This document shows positions 50,598 through 62,200 of a DNA stretch of 64,000 nucleotides, one piece after another. The position numbers and the translations under genes were made by a program. The stretch covers positions 10,354,001 through 10,418,000 of the forward strand of contig OZ249451.1 in NCBI GenBank assembly GCA_965235115.1, in the 5' to 3' direction. The notes beneath the pieces were generated by a model. The model saw only the letters and a list, made by a program, of their open reading frames with translations, was not told the DNA's origin and ran no database searches. Every line of letters starts with the position of its first letter. The stretch's first letter is position 1. This stretch comes from Laetmonice hystrix. Lineage: Eukaryota.

Positions 50598-52184
50598 GAT
50601 GCCTGCTGGTTGACGATTGAACTGTTTCCTGGGGTTCAATCTGGAGACACAACAAACAGGATTTTAAATCAACCCCCGGAACGAGTGTCCTCCCCGAAGA
50701 TTTTATTTCTGCAACGATTAGCCTATATGTTATATGTTCGGAAGGCCTATATGTATTAGGCGTGGCCCACGTTTGTACAAGGATGGGTAGTACTTTGATG
50801 GATGTATGGGAATGAAGACACACGTTGCAATTTTGCCAGATGATTATTAATACTTTTACATTGTGTTCTACCGTAAGACCTTAACATAGCTATAGGCCTA
50901 TATGCTGTTAAGGAGGCGTAACGCCCCAATCCAAACCCAAATCTAGCTTGCTCCCACTCTCTCCTACTCTCTCTCTCTCTCTCTCCCTCTACATATACAT
51001 CTCTCTAGATCTTCGCCGCCGCGAAGTGGCCGACATATAGAGGTTCCCTCTAATGTGACAATTGCCCCATTGTTACCACAATAAACATGTAGGCCTACAT
51101 GCTAGGATCACACACACTTTGACGTCGATTTATAGTTGCAAATGTACACCCATTAACCTTCTGCTGGTAAATAATCATGTATTTTAAATAACTCACTCTT
51201 TAAATTACAGCCTTCTGTCCTGAAAGATACAATTTCCTGCTAATAGATCTATAGAGTTGCCATTTAGCTATTTTGTCGAAAATTGAAATACGAACGAAAG
51301 TTTATGCAAGCATCCATGCCCTACATAATAATGTCTGTCATGAGGACCAAATGACCTTGCTGGGGTCATCTGGCGCATCTCCCACATGATCTCATTATGC
51401 TTAATCTTCCACAGTTCACAACGGCCCGGGGTTTGGTTTAGGTGACCTTCCTACAGCTCTATCTAGGATTGTCAAAATGCTCAAATTCAGGTCATGGCCC
51501 CTTGCAGGATCTGCCCAGTTAATGTTTAGGGGCAATGCATGGCCTCGCTTTGTTTTTACTGGGGACGTTATGCATAATTATATCGTCACGAATGACGCAG
51601 ATAGTGGGCAGGCATGCAGGTCTCTGATTGGCTCCAGATGTGTCTTCCTGTACAGGGACGCTGTTTCTGTCTGAAGTTATGTCTACAAAGGGCTACCGTG
51701 CACATGTCGTGAGACAACATGAATTATGGGGGCAAGTACCGGACCGGGCAGTTTAGAATCTCAACACAGGGCCCTGCCCTTAGGCCTATTCAACGACAGA
51801 CGTTTTGTTTTTGTTTTATAAGAGGACCCCCACCTGACCCCTCGTGCCTCATGTCAAACCTGTCTTTGTAATGTATAATATAAGGTCAGAAATGTACCAT
51901 ATGCTCCCCCACAAGCCAGATCCAGGCCCACGCCCGGTCGCCTTGGCCTGCGCCCATCTCGTGACCCTATATTTCATGCCTGGCCCTTCCACCCGTCAAA
52001 GCAACGACCCCAGGCTGTACCATGCCGCCAAAGAATCCCTGCGGTTGGCATCTTCCCTCAGGTCGTTTAGGTTACATGTATATGCCCACATCGTGATGAT
52101 GTGGTGACTCCAAATGCTGATCTCAAGACGACGTAGAGCCTGCGACACCAGGGTCCGGTTTTTAGTTTGCAAACCGAGTCTTAA

Positions 52185-52535
52185 AGGGAATAGAAAAGTT
52201 CAAACTATCAATATAAGGGTGTTCAGCATGAACAAGCTTGTTCTTACCTACAATTCTGTGATTATCTGATCTTTAATAAAGGAATAATCAACCGAAATGT
52301 AGAGACATTCTCCCGCTGGCTTCGTCGGGTTGTTTACTCTATTTGGCCCTTATCTCAATCTATTAATAGATATAGCTCCCGCTGTCTCGCGTGGGGAATA
52401 GCGAATGACCCGGGCGGTATTTTTAAAAAGTCGCCGTTGACAGCTAGTGTTCCACTTATCGGTGTGACCTTAGACACTTTATATGGTGTTACTGGTGTTC
52501 AAAAGGTACGTTAGTGAGGAACTTTTCTATTCCCT
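52185..52535. mobile_element. Kolobok-like MITE
   Basis: Perfect 17-bp TIR agggaatagaaaagttc flanked by TTAA on both sides (52181-84 and 52536-39). The 5'-AG ends with a TTAA target fit Kolobok rather than piggyBac. Confidence 0.8.
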
Positions 52536-52637
52536 TTAAAGCCGCCCTCAAGCGGTGATGCTTTGCTTTAGTATCGTAGCCTACCATACACGATGCGCCA
52601 AGATCTAGCCTAGCTTGATTTTCGCCCCGTACGTGGT

Positions 52638-53207
52638 CATTTGGGAATCCTCGGCCAGATCTTCGAAAGTAGCCTCGGGTGAATTAGGCGCCATTTTGAG
52701 CATTGCATTGCGGGTACATTTAGCCGGGATTCTCGCCAGCATGGCAGTGCTTGCAGTAGGCCCCTATATTGCCTGCATCATGCATGGAAGCAACTAAAAT
52801 AGGCCTCCAGTGCTTTCCCCAAATCAGTGGGCAATATTACGATAGTATCATGTTCATGATACAAGTACTTCTCCCATGTGTCGTGGTGTTGTCGTTCAAG
52901 GGCGCGGCCATATTGCTTCCCATAATTTAATAAATTACCGCGTATCACGCCCATTTAGGTAAATTAGGTGATTGATTTTTCTTCTTCAAACGTTCCCCTT
53001 CACACCAGAAGTTTATATTTGCACATACAACGTACGCCGACGGAGCAGGTATCAATAATGCACTACTTCCTGGCTCGATGGGATATGACGGTTCACTCAG
53101 TGCCTCGCTACACAGCTCCATTTGGCCGTGTATCCGGTTGCCAACATGGCCACTAATCCACCCGAGGGTTCGAAAGTGGCGTCATATGTCCGAGGGAATC
53201 ACGAATG
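52638..53207. mobile_element. Mutator-like non-autonomous element, copy 2 (homologous to 46701-47283)
   Basis: Alignable along most of its length with copy 1, with 9-bp TSD GTACGTGGT (52629-37 and 53208-16). Confidence 0.85.
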
Positions 53208-53494
53208 GTACGTGGTATGCAGAGGCTATACCAGTCTCTACGATACAGGCTGTCGTACGATAGCGTAGAGTTTGGAACATATTCAAAATTTTTCAGTCGT
53301 GCGATATTATATCTTACATAATCGTGTGTGCCCCCCCCCCCCACATCAACTCTTGTTTCAGGGCGTCTGATTGGTTCTTCAGATGAGGATTGGTAAAATG
53401 ACGAACTAAAAACTGTTTGCAAACTAAACACCTCGCCCGATTCCTAAAAATTTAAGATCTTGCTTCTGATTGGCTGATCTAAGCAGACTAGCCA

Positions 53495-53702
53495 ACCGGA
53501 AATCCCATTTCGATCCGATTTCTACCTGAAGGGGGTCGCCATTTTGTCCCCAGGTGGGGTTGTCCGAAGGCCCACCTATGGGTCCGAAATGGGCCCCTTT
53601 TCGGACCCAGCTGGTCCCCCCGGAAACCCCCATCTGGGGCTGAAATGGGTGGCCACTTTGGGCAGAAGTCGGACCGAAACGGGATTCCTTTCAGGGTTAA
53701 CC
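53495..53702. repeat. Degenerate inverted repeat (old MITE)
   Basis: gaaatcccatttcgatccgatttctacctgaag versus the reverse complement of ctttgggcagaagtcggaccgaaacgggattcc. Confidence 0.5.
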
Positions 53703-55854
53703 TTAAGCTATAACATGGAGTTCCGAAAGCAACCACCAGGGGCCTTCAGAACCATCTTATTGTTCGTGTGCATGCCTTATCGATGTATCTCTCATGCATC
53801 GTCTGGAAACTTCAACTTATATTAAAATGCTTTTAAGAAAGCACATACGAGGGTAGCGGAGCTGTTTCCCTGAGAAATATAGGTCGCAGCTTGGGCACAG
53901 TAACTAGGCCTACCCAAAAATAATTCACACCTTGGTTTGCCACCGCGACCACGACCTACCCCCAAACGTAAATACACTTAACCCAACCTGGCAACAAGAT
54001 CGCAAATATGCGAGGATTACCTATTGCTATTCTGTAGTCCACATGATGTTTTTATGTTACGTTCCCTTTCATATGCTTTCATACAGGTAGGGGGTAATAA
54101 TAGGTCTATCTGGCTTCAATGGGGTAAACGATGGAACTCATTCCCCCTTTCCTAACATTTTTCAGACAAGAGATTTTAGAGGCTTCCTTGCCAATCCAAC
54201 CGTATTGTCTGTTCATCTCCAGCGCTTACAGACGTTGTAAACTATAAAATTCCCCATAAACGTTTTCGTTTTCATGGGCATAGACATGCGATAATATGGA
54301 GATAGACAGCTCGACGTGCAGTTGAAGGGTTAATAGAGAGGTCTACTTACCCTGGTCTTCCACTGCCGGTGTGACGACTGGGCCTACCCGGTCCGTGCAG
54401 ATCCCTAATATAGAGGCTGGGGCGGTGCTGGGTGGGTATGGTGGTGGTGCTGGGGTGGGGAGGAGTGGGGGGGGGGGGGGGCTATGGCAGGCCAGTCATG
54501 ACAGGAAGGTCACGTCCGTGGCAGACACAGGCCTCCATGTGACCATCCGAGAGACGCCTGGTCAAACAAAGTAACATGTAGGGGCCTACAGTATGTACAT
54601 TATAGGCAGGCCTATCTACGTCATGCATTACATCTATCCACTCGGATATACCTGTAGCATATCAGGTGTGGTGCCAGGGGAAAGGGACACTACACTAATA
54701 AGTTACTACGTCTCAAGACAAAGTACATGTATACAAATACGCACAGTACCCGATCCACATGCGAGATGTCGATTTCAAACAGAAATTCAGTTTGACGATA
54801 ATTATACATAAAGCATGTATTACAGAAGATAAATGCAGAAAGTCGTGTAAACTTTGTAGACCCCCCTAAAAAAGAAGAAGAAGAAAAAGCAAGTCAAGGT
54901 GAATAAAATGTGGGTAGGCCTATCTGCATTTTTAAAGGGCAGGGTCAATTTTTTTACGGGTATACCCGGGGTCCAACGCAGTATCCATGGTATCTGACAA
55001 TATTATTACAATATTTCTTTGCGCGCAAACAATTATTTATTATTCACGTAACGAAGGTTATAATTTATCGCTCAAAAGTTCCTACGAACGACCTCCCATG
55101 TCTGTGGCGGGTGAGGGGGGCAGGCAGCGGTTATGTGGGTTGCAACCTCCCTTAAACTACGAAGTAATTTGTCTTTTATCTGCTTCAAGGGTTCAAGCCA
55201 AACATACACAACAACAACCCACCCCCGGCGCCAACTGGCATCCGCCCCTGCATTTCAGTTTGTGTGTTTGAAGTTGAATCTTGTATTCTTGAAGAGCTCA
55301 ACTGTGTCATGATCCAGATTCGCTGACACTGTAATCTTCCGTCTCTCTGCTCTGATGGTGTTTCAAACTATCATGAATGTTTCATTGACATGGATGAGAC
55401 ATATAGATGTGTCTGTATATACTTGGGGTCGACCCAGCTGACTCGAATTTCAGGTTTCCCGACAGTGATCGAGGGAGTATGTAGTGCTTGATATTAGGGT
55501 CACCATGTGTACGGTGGGACGTGGGAGAGTCTGGGATGACAGGGGGTAAGGGGAACATTGTTTGTATTATAGACCAGAACCCGGGTTCAGAAATGCTCTA
55601 ATCACCAAGCTTTAAGTTAAGCAGACCAGAAAATCAGAAGCGTTGAACTAAAACTTTAGCAAAGTCTGAAGTTTTTAAGAGCTGGGTCTCGTCATAATCT
55701 CACAAGGAGAGGGGAACGAAGTGAGGGTAATCCCTCCCTACTCTCCCCCACAGGAGGATGCAATGGACTAAACATGGCATTTATAATTTTATGGTTTTTT
55801 TTATTGATATCCAATGAAATACCTTCGTTCACATCTTGTTGGCCGAACCTGCGG

Positions 55855-55980
55855 TCCATGGGTGAACCATAATTGGAAATGACAACCATACTGTGGTCCA
55901 TGGGTAAACCATAATTGGAAATAATAACCATATTTAACTGCGGCCCATGGGTGAACCATAATTGGAAATAATAACCATAT
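55855..55980. repeat. Short tandem repeat, about 41-45 bp x3
   Basis: ccatgggt(g/a)aaccataattggaaat occurs three times. Confidence 0.8.
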
Positions 55981-56258
55981 TTATATCTCCGGTTTGTGGT
56001 ATACCGTGACATCCCCCATAAAAAAAACATCTTTATTTGTATGGTTACATAATGCGGCGTAGATGTTCCTCTCCAGATTTAAAAACAATGAATCTGAGGA
56101 ATTAAAATACAAGCAATGACGTAATATAGAGACACAGAGGTCGATCTAGGAGTCTGAAATGGACTCCGTCAAAGAAAACAAAACTGGCGTTAAAGTCGCG
56201 GTTGATCCCCTCCCCATGCATTCGCCCTTTATGTGTTTAAATTGTGTGTTTCTGCCCA

Positions 56259-59200
56259 TCACACAAAGCATTGTATCGCGGTCAAAGCGAGGAGAACCGT
56301 CAGTGGTTGACCATAGAGGTGGCGGGGTGTACCCCCCAGTGGTGGGGGGACTGGGGGGTCTGACCCGTCTCCACCATTGCAGAGTTCCCCCTTGCAGAAG
56401 GTAAAGCAGTAGGTGGCAGTGAAGTCGACAAGGCAGCCGTTTTCTCGGTTCCCTTTCGGTCCACAGCCACGAACGAAGTTGCGAATCGTTTTCTCGTCTG
56501 AAATTATGTTACAACAGCACCATAAGTTGTTTTTTAAATTACAAGTTATTTTTCTGTTGAAGTTTACTTTTCTTATACAAGAGTAGGAAGAAAGTTAATT
56601 ACGTGTAAGTGTCTCCCGAATAATGGTGCAATACTTGTCCGGATCGGCAGACTCACAGAACGTCTTTTCCAGTGTCTCTGGTTTATCTACACACGCCTTA
56701 CCATCTCCGTCGTATGTACACAAGTAGCAGTTGAAGCCCGCTAGCAGCGACAAAAAAAATAAATATTATTTTAACGTGTATTTGCTAGTAAGATATGTAG
56801 GCTTATATCATGTAGGCCTATATACGCTGACATTCAATGAGGTCGACTTGAACTGATCATGATACTGGTAGTAGGCGATACGATGAACGCTAACAATCTT
56901 TTCGACATCAGGGGTGGAAACTATACATGTGTATTTAGGGGGAAAGAGGGTCCAAGAGGAAAGTCTTGCGAAAAGAGGCCAATCAAGGTCATTTCAGGAC
57001 ATTATGAGAAATATGAGAAATGGAAGAATTTCTGCCAACCAGGGACTGACCACCTGAATCCCCCGTCCCCCTGGACATATCTTAAAATCGACGTGTTCCT
57101 CATCGCTCCTAACATACGGACCGACCTTCTATCTCCCCGGTAAAAGTTTCGTCAAATACCTGGAGGGGGCGCGTCGGATGGTGCATACGGTGGCTCCGGT
57201 ACGAGATCTCCATCGTTACACAGTCTCTGGTCATCACAAAACTCCACACAAGTCTGTTGATTCCAGTCCGTTGAACAGCCTGTCGTAGTATTAGTCACGC
57301 CCCATTCACATCCCCTGCTTACGCGATCAAGTACGTCATCGCCTTAGAGAAAAAAAGGGACAAAATTTACCATTTGTGCTCCTACAACCTGGCCTACCTA
57401 GCCCTATAGTCTGGATTTCCCCCAACACACGTTCTCCTATAAGCCTATAGATAGGAACTCGTTTAATATTGATTTCATAATCATAATTCTGGAAAAACTG
57501 TAGCAATTCCTCCCCAGACTCGTATACCATTTATGGAACTAAAGCGACCGTCTCGCCTATATAGAGAGTTTATAGGCGAGACGGACCTATAGGCCTAGGC
57601 TCAACTAAATACAGGCCTATAGGCATAGTTCTATATACTAGGCCTAAATACTGTAGAATGACATACTATATAGAAAAACGTATTATGCCGATATGCTCGG
57701 GTGATGGTCTGCTTACCTTTGTTATAGACTCGTTCTGTTCTGCAGCGTCCTCCGGGACATTCTACCTCATGATACCCGGTCAGATTCCATGGAGACGAAA
57801 TACAGGGATCGGTGTCATTAAATCCCGATATCTTTCGGTTACACTCGTAACACGCGAGGTTATCTGAAAATACTCATGCATGAGAAATATGAGCGATGGA
57901 AAAGTCTCTGCCAACCAGGGACTGACCACCTGAATCCCCCCGTCCCCCTGGACATATCTTAAAATCGACGTGTTCCTCACTGCTCCTATAACATACGGAC
58001 CGACCTTGTCTTCTTGCTCCCCGGTAATAGTTCCGTCAAATACCTGGAGGGGGCGCGTCGGATGTCGGATACGTTGGCTCCGGTGCGAGATCTCCATCGT
58101 TACACAGTCTCTGTTCATCACAAAACTCAACACAAGTCTGGAGAGGTCCGTCCGTTGAACAGCCCGTCGTAGCATTAGTCCCGTCCCATTCACATCCCCT
58201 GCTTACGCGATCAAGTACATCCTTGACTTAGAAAGAAAAAAAGAAAAAGAATTCAACATTAATTTTTGTGCTCCTACAATAGGTAGCTGGCCTATACCTA
58301 GCAAAGCCCTATATAGCCTGGATTACCCCAACACACGTTCTTCTATAAGCCTATAGATAGGAACTCGTTTTAATATTGATTTCATAATCATAATTCTGCA
58401 AAAAACTGTAGCAATTTCTCCCCACACTCGTAAGGCGATGTTCCTTGCGACGACCATGCCATTTGGACATCACCCTTTTATTTTACTGTAATTTTGAGAT
58501 TAAAGGATGGAACCCATTTCCTGAAACGGAGAAGGCCAGCCAGGAAAGATTAGGGGGAATCGCCTTAGTGGATAGGGCCTTTTAAGCGACCGTCTCGCCT
58601 ATATATAGAGAGTTTAGGCCTATAGGCGAGCCGGTCGCTTTAGGCCTATAGCCTACCGCAGGGTTCTAGGCTTACATGGATCGCCAGCCTCTACCTGAGT
58701 GCTTTCACATCTCAACTGGTCACTGACTGGCCCGCTGAACGGCCTCGCCCTCGTCTTCCCATGCCTCCCATGTTAATCTTGGCGGCAGCAGTCGGGACAC
58801 TTTGCTTTTTGTTGTGTCCACTTACACTGGTGTAGTTCCAATAATGACCGCTAGCTGGTTTCAGCAAAGCCAGGTATTAACTGAGTGAAATTCTCTAGAA
58901 GTATACCTCCTCTTTTGAGATATAGGCCACTGGGTTTCCAAACGAGCCAGGTTTTGAAACCTCGCAGAAATCTTGCGATGGTAAAGCTCGAATTCCACTG
59001 GGAAAATCGGACGCAGCGGATGGCATCTGGCCAAGACTATAGAGTGAGTCAAAAAAAACTAGACACTTTTTAAAAAGCCCACTGTTTTATTGTGTACCAA
59101 TATATACAATATATTTTTGCTTGTACTTATGGAGAAATTCTTCCTGCATCTTTTGGTACCAGTCATGCTTGATTGGTTTTCATGCATGACCGCACAGCAG

Positions 59201-62200
59201 ACAATTAAGGGACAAGGGTGAAATCTGACCTGCGCCAACTGACCAGAGCTGGGTATGAACAAAAATCAACCAAGGCTCTTCTGACCAGAGCTGGGTATGC
59301 TGCATAAGTACAATCAAAAATATATTGTATATATTGGTACACAATAAAACAATGGGCCTTTTAAAAAGTGTCTAGTTTTTTTTTTACTCACCCTGTATAA
59401 CGATGCCCAGAGTGACATCGGGGCGCATCGTATATATTATAGTGGTTGTAGTAGGGCCTATACTTAACCACTTGCGTATTTAACTACTTGTATTTAACTA
59501 TTATTTTGTTTAGCTTGTATTTAACTTTGTATTTAGTGTGTATTTATGCACTTGTATTTAAGCGATGCGTCCGATTTCCCCAGTGGAATTCCAGCTTAGG
59601 ACAACGATGTGAATTGAATATAGAGAGGCTACCACTTCACGGTGACGGTTCCGTGATGGCACAAATCGCCAAGGTCGTGACGTCAACACATGAGCGATAG
59701 CGTCTCTCAGATCTCATGATGACGTCACGGCCATTTGGCGACTCAAGCCACGGGCACAAGCTGTAGATAGTATATCAAGCAGATACATTCTCAATGTTTT
59801 AACCTCGTTTTAAAACAAAACTCCATGTGAGCGGTTAACCGGCCTTTATTCCTAAATAGAGCAGCCTAGGACAGCCTATATATAGGCCTAGGCTCAACTT
59901 AATATAGGCCTAGGGCCTATAGGCCTATAGGCCTATAGGCCTATAGGCGTAGGCCTATAGTTCTACATAGGCCTCTAGGCCTAAATAGAATGACAGGTCA
60001 CTATATAGAAGAACTTATTAGGCCGATATAAATAAAACGCTCGGGTGATGCTTACCTTTGTTATAGACGCGTTCTGTTTTGCAGCGTCCTCCAATACATT
60101 CTACCTCATGATTCCCGGTCAGATTCCATGGAGACGAAATACACGGATCGGTGTCATTAAATCCCGATATCTCTCGTTTACACTCGTAACACGTGAGGTT
60201 ATCTGAAAATATTTATGCATGTAAAAGATGGCATAAAACCACCTGAATCTCCGAGCCCCGTCCCCCTGGAGTCTTAAAATCGACGTGTTCCCCACTGCTC
60301 CTGTAACATACGGACCGACCTTGTCTTCTTGCTCCCCGGTAATAGTTCCGTCAAATACCTGGAGGGGGCGCGTCGGAGGGTGCATATGGTGGCTCCGGTG
60401 CGAGATCGCCATCGTTACACAGTCTCTGTTCATCACAAAACTCAACACAAGTCTGGAGAGGTCCGTCCGTTGAACAGCCCGTCGGAGCATTAGCCCCGTC
60501 CCATTCACATCCCCTGCTTACGCGATCAAGTGCGTCATTGACTTAGAAAGAAAAAAAAGGAAAAGAATTCAACATTTGTGCTCCTACAATAGCTGGCCTA
60601 TAGCAAGGCCCTATATATAGTCTAGATTTCCCCCCAACACACGTTCCCCTATAAGCCTATAGATAGGAACTCGTTTTAATATTGATTTCATAATCATAAT
60701 TCTGCAAAAACTGTAGCAATTTCCCCACACACTCGTAAGGCGATTTTCCTTGGGACGCCCATGCGATTCCGACATCACCCTTTTAAGTTACTGTAATTTG
60801 GAGATTAAAGGGCGACCCCATTTCCTGAAACGGAAAAGGCAAGACAGGAAAGATTTTCGAGTGAAATTCCACCATTACATTAAAAATCGCATGGCCGTCG
60901 CAAGGGGAATAGCCTTAGTGGATAGCTTAGGTCAACGATGTGAAATGAATATATGATATAGATTCCGTGATGGCACAAAATCGCCAAGGTCGTGACGTCA
61001 ACACATTAGCGATAGCGTCTCTCAGATCTCATGATGACGTCGCAGCCATTTGGCGACTCAGTTTTTAGCCACGAGCACAAGCTGTACGTCTATATATCAA
61101 GCCACTATATACATTCTCAATGTTTCACCTCGTTTTAAAACTCCATGTGAGCGGTTAACCGGCCCTTATTCCTAAATATAGCAGCCTAGGACAGCCTATA
61201 GGCCTAGGCCCAACTAAATATAGTCGTAGGCCTAGAGCCTATATAGGCCAATAGCCGTAGGCCTATAGTTCTACATTAGGCCTCTAGGCCTAATACTATA
61301 GAATGACAGGCAGGGCCGTAGCCTGCAGGGGGCAGCTCCCCCCCCCCCCACCTGGGATTTCCAGTTTTTTTAACCCACACCCCGGGTCAGCTCGACCGGC
61401 GCAATGACGGCCTGCCATCACGTGGCAGGCCTACTGCCCCCCCCCCCCCCCCCACGTATACTTGGGCCAGGCCATGGCCCTGACAGGTCACTCTATAGAA
61501 AAACGTATTAGGCCGATACGCTGGGGTGGTGGTCTGCTTACCATTGTTATAGACTCGTTCTGTTCTGCAGCGTCCTCCGGTACATTCTGCCTCATGATTC
61601 CCGGTCAGATTCCATGGAGACGAAATACAGGGGTGGGTGTCATTAAATCCCGATATCTTTCGGTTACACTCGTAACACGTGAGGTTATCTGAAAATATTC
61701 ATGCATGTAAAAGATGGCATAAAACCACCTGAATCTCCCCGTCCCCCTGGAGTCTTAAAATCGACGTGTTCCCCACTGCTCCTATAACATACGGACCGAC
61801 CTTGTCTTCTCGCTCCCCGGTAATAGTTCCGTCAAATACCTGGAGGGGGCGCGTCGGAGGGTGGCTCCGATGGCTCCGGTGCGAGATCTCCATCGTTACA
61901 TAGCCGTTCATCACAAAACTCAACACAAGTCTGGAGAGGTCCGTCCGTTGAACAGCCCGTCGGAGCATTAGCCCCGTCCCATTCACATGCCCTGCTTACG
62001 CGTTTAAGTACGTCCTTGACTTTGAAACAAAAAAAGGAAAAGAATTCAACATTTGTGCTCCTACAATAGCTGGCCTTTACATAGCAAGGCCCTATATATA
62101 GTCTGGATTTTCCCCAACGCACGTTCTCCTATAAGCCTATAGATAGGAACTCGTTTTAATATTGATTTCATAATCATAATTCTGCAAAAACTGTAGCAAT

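Noticed and set aside
50598-50641. N-terminal targeting extension of GS (open frame upstream of the ATG)
   Set aside because: The candidate upstream exon (donor near 51196) has an in-frame TAA just before the junction, so this is most likely 5' UTR.
54349-54560. Possible minus-strand mini-exons downstream of the LU gene
   Set aside because: The LU CDS already ends at 56259 with a GPI-type tail, and these segments show no homology or consistent phase chain.
55330-55491. EGF-like Cys spacing on the + strand (CNLPSLC..HEC..TYRCVC)
   Set aside because: In-frame TGA two codons upstream, no usable acceptor or start, and the sixth Cys is misplaced. Chance or a relic; tBLASTn would settle it.
59665-59742. 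Intronic hairpin with two TGACGTCA (CRE) sites repeated in LU units
   Set aside because: One arm is mutated or deleted in other units (about 61040 and 62490), so there is no sign of constraint. Probably a TE remnant.
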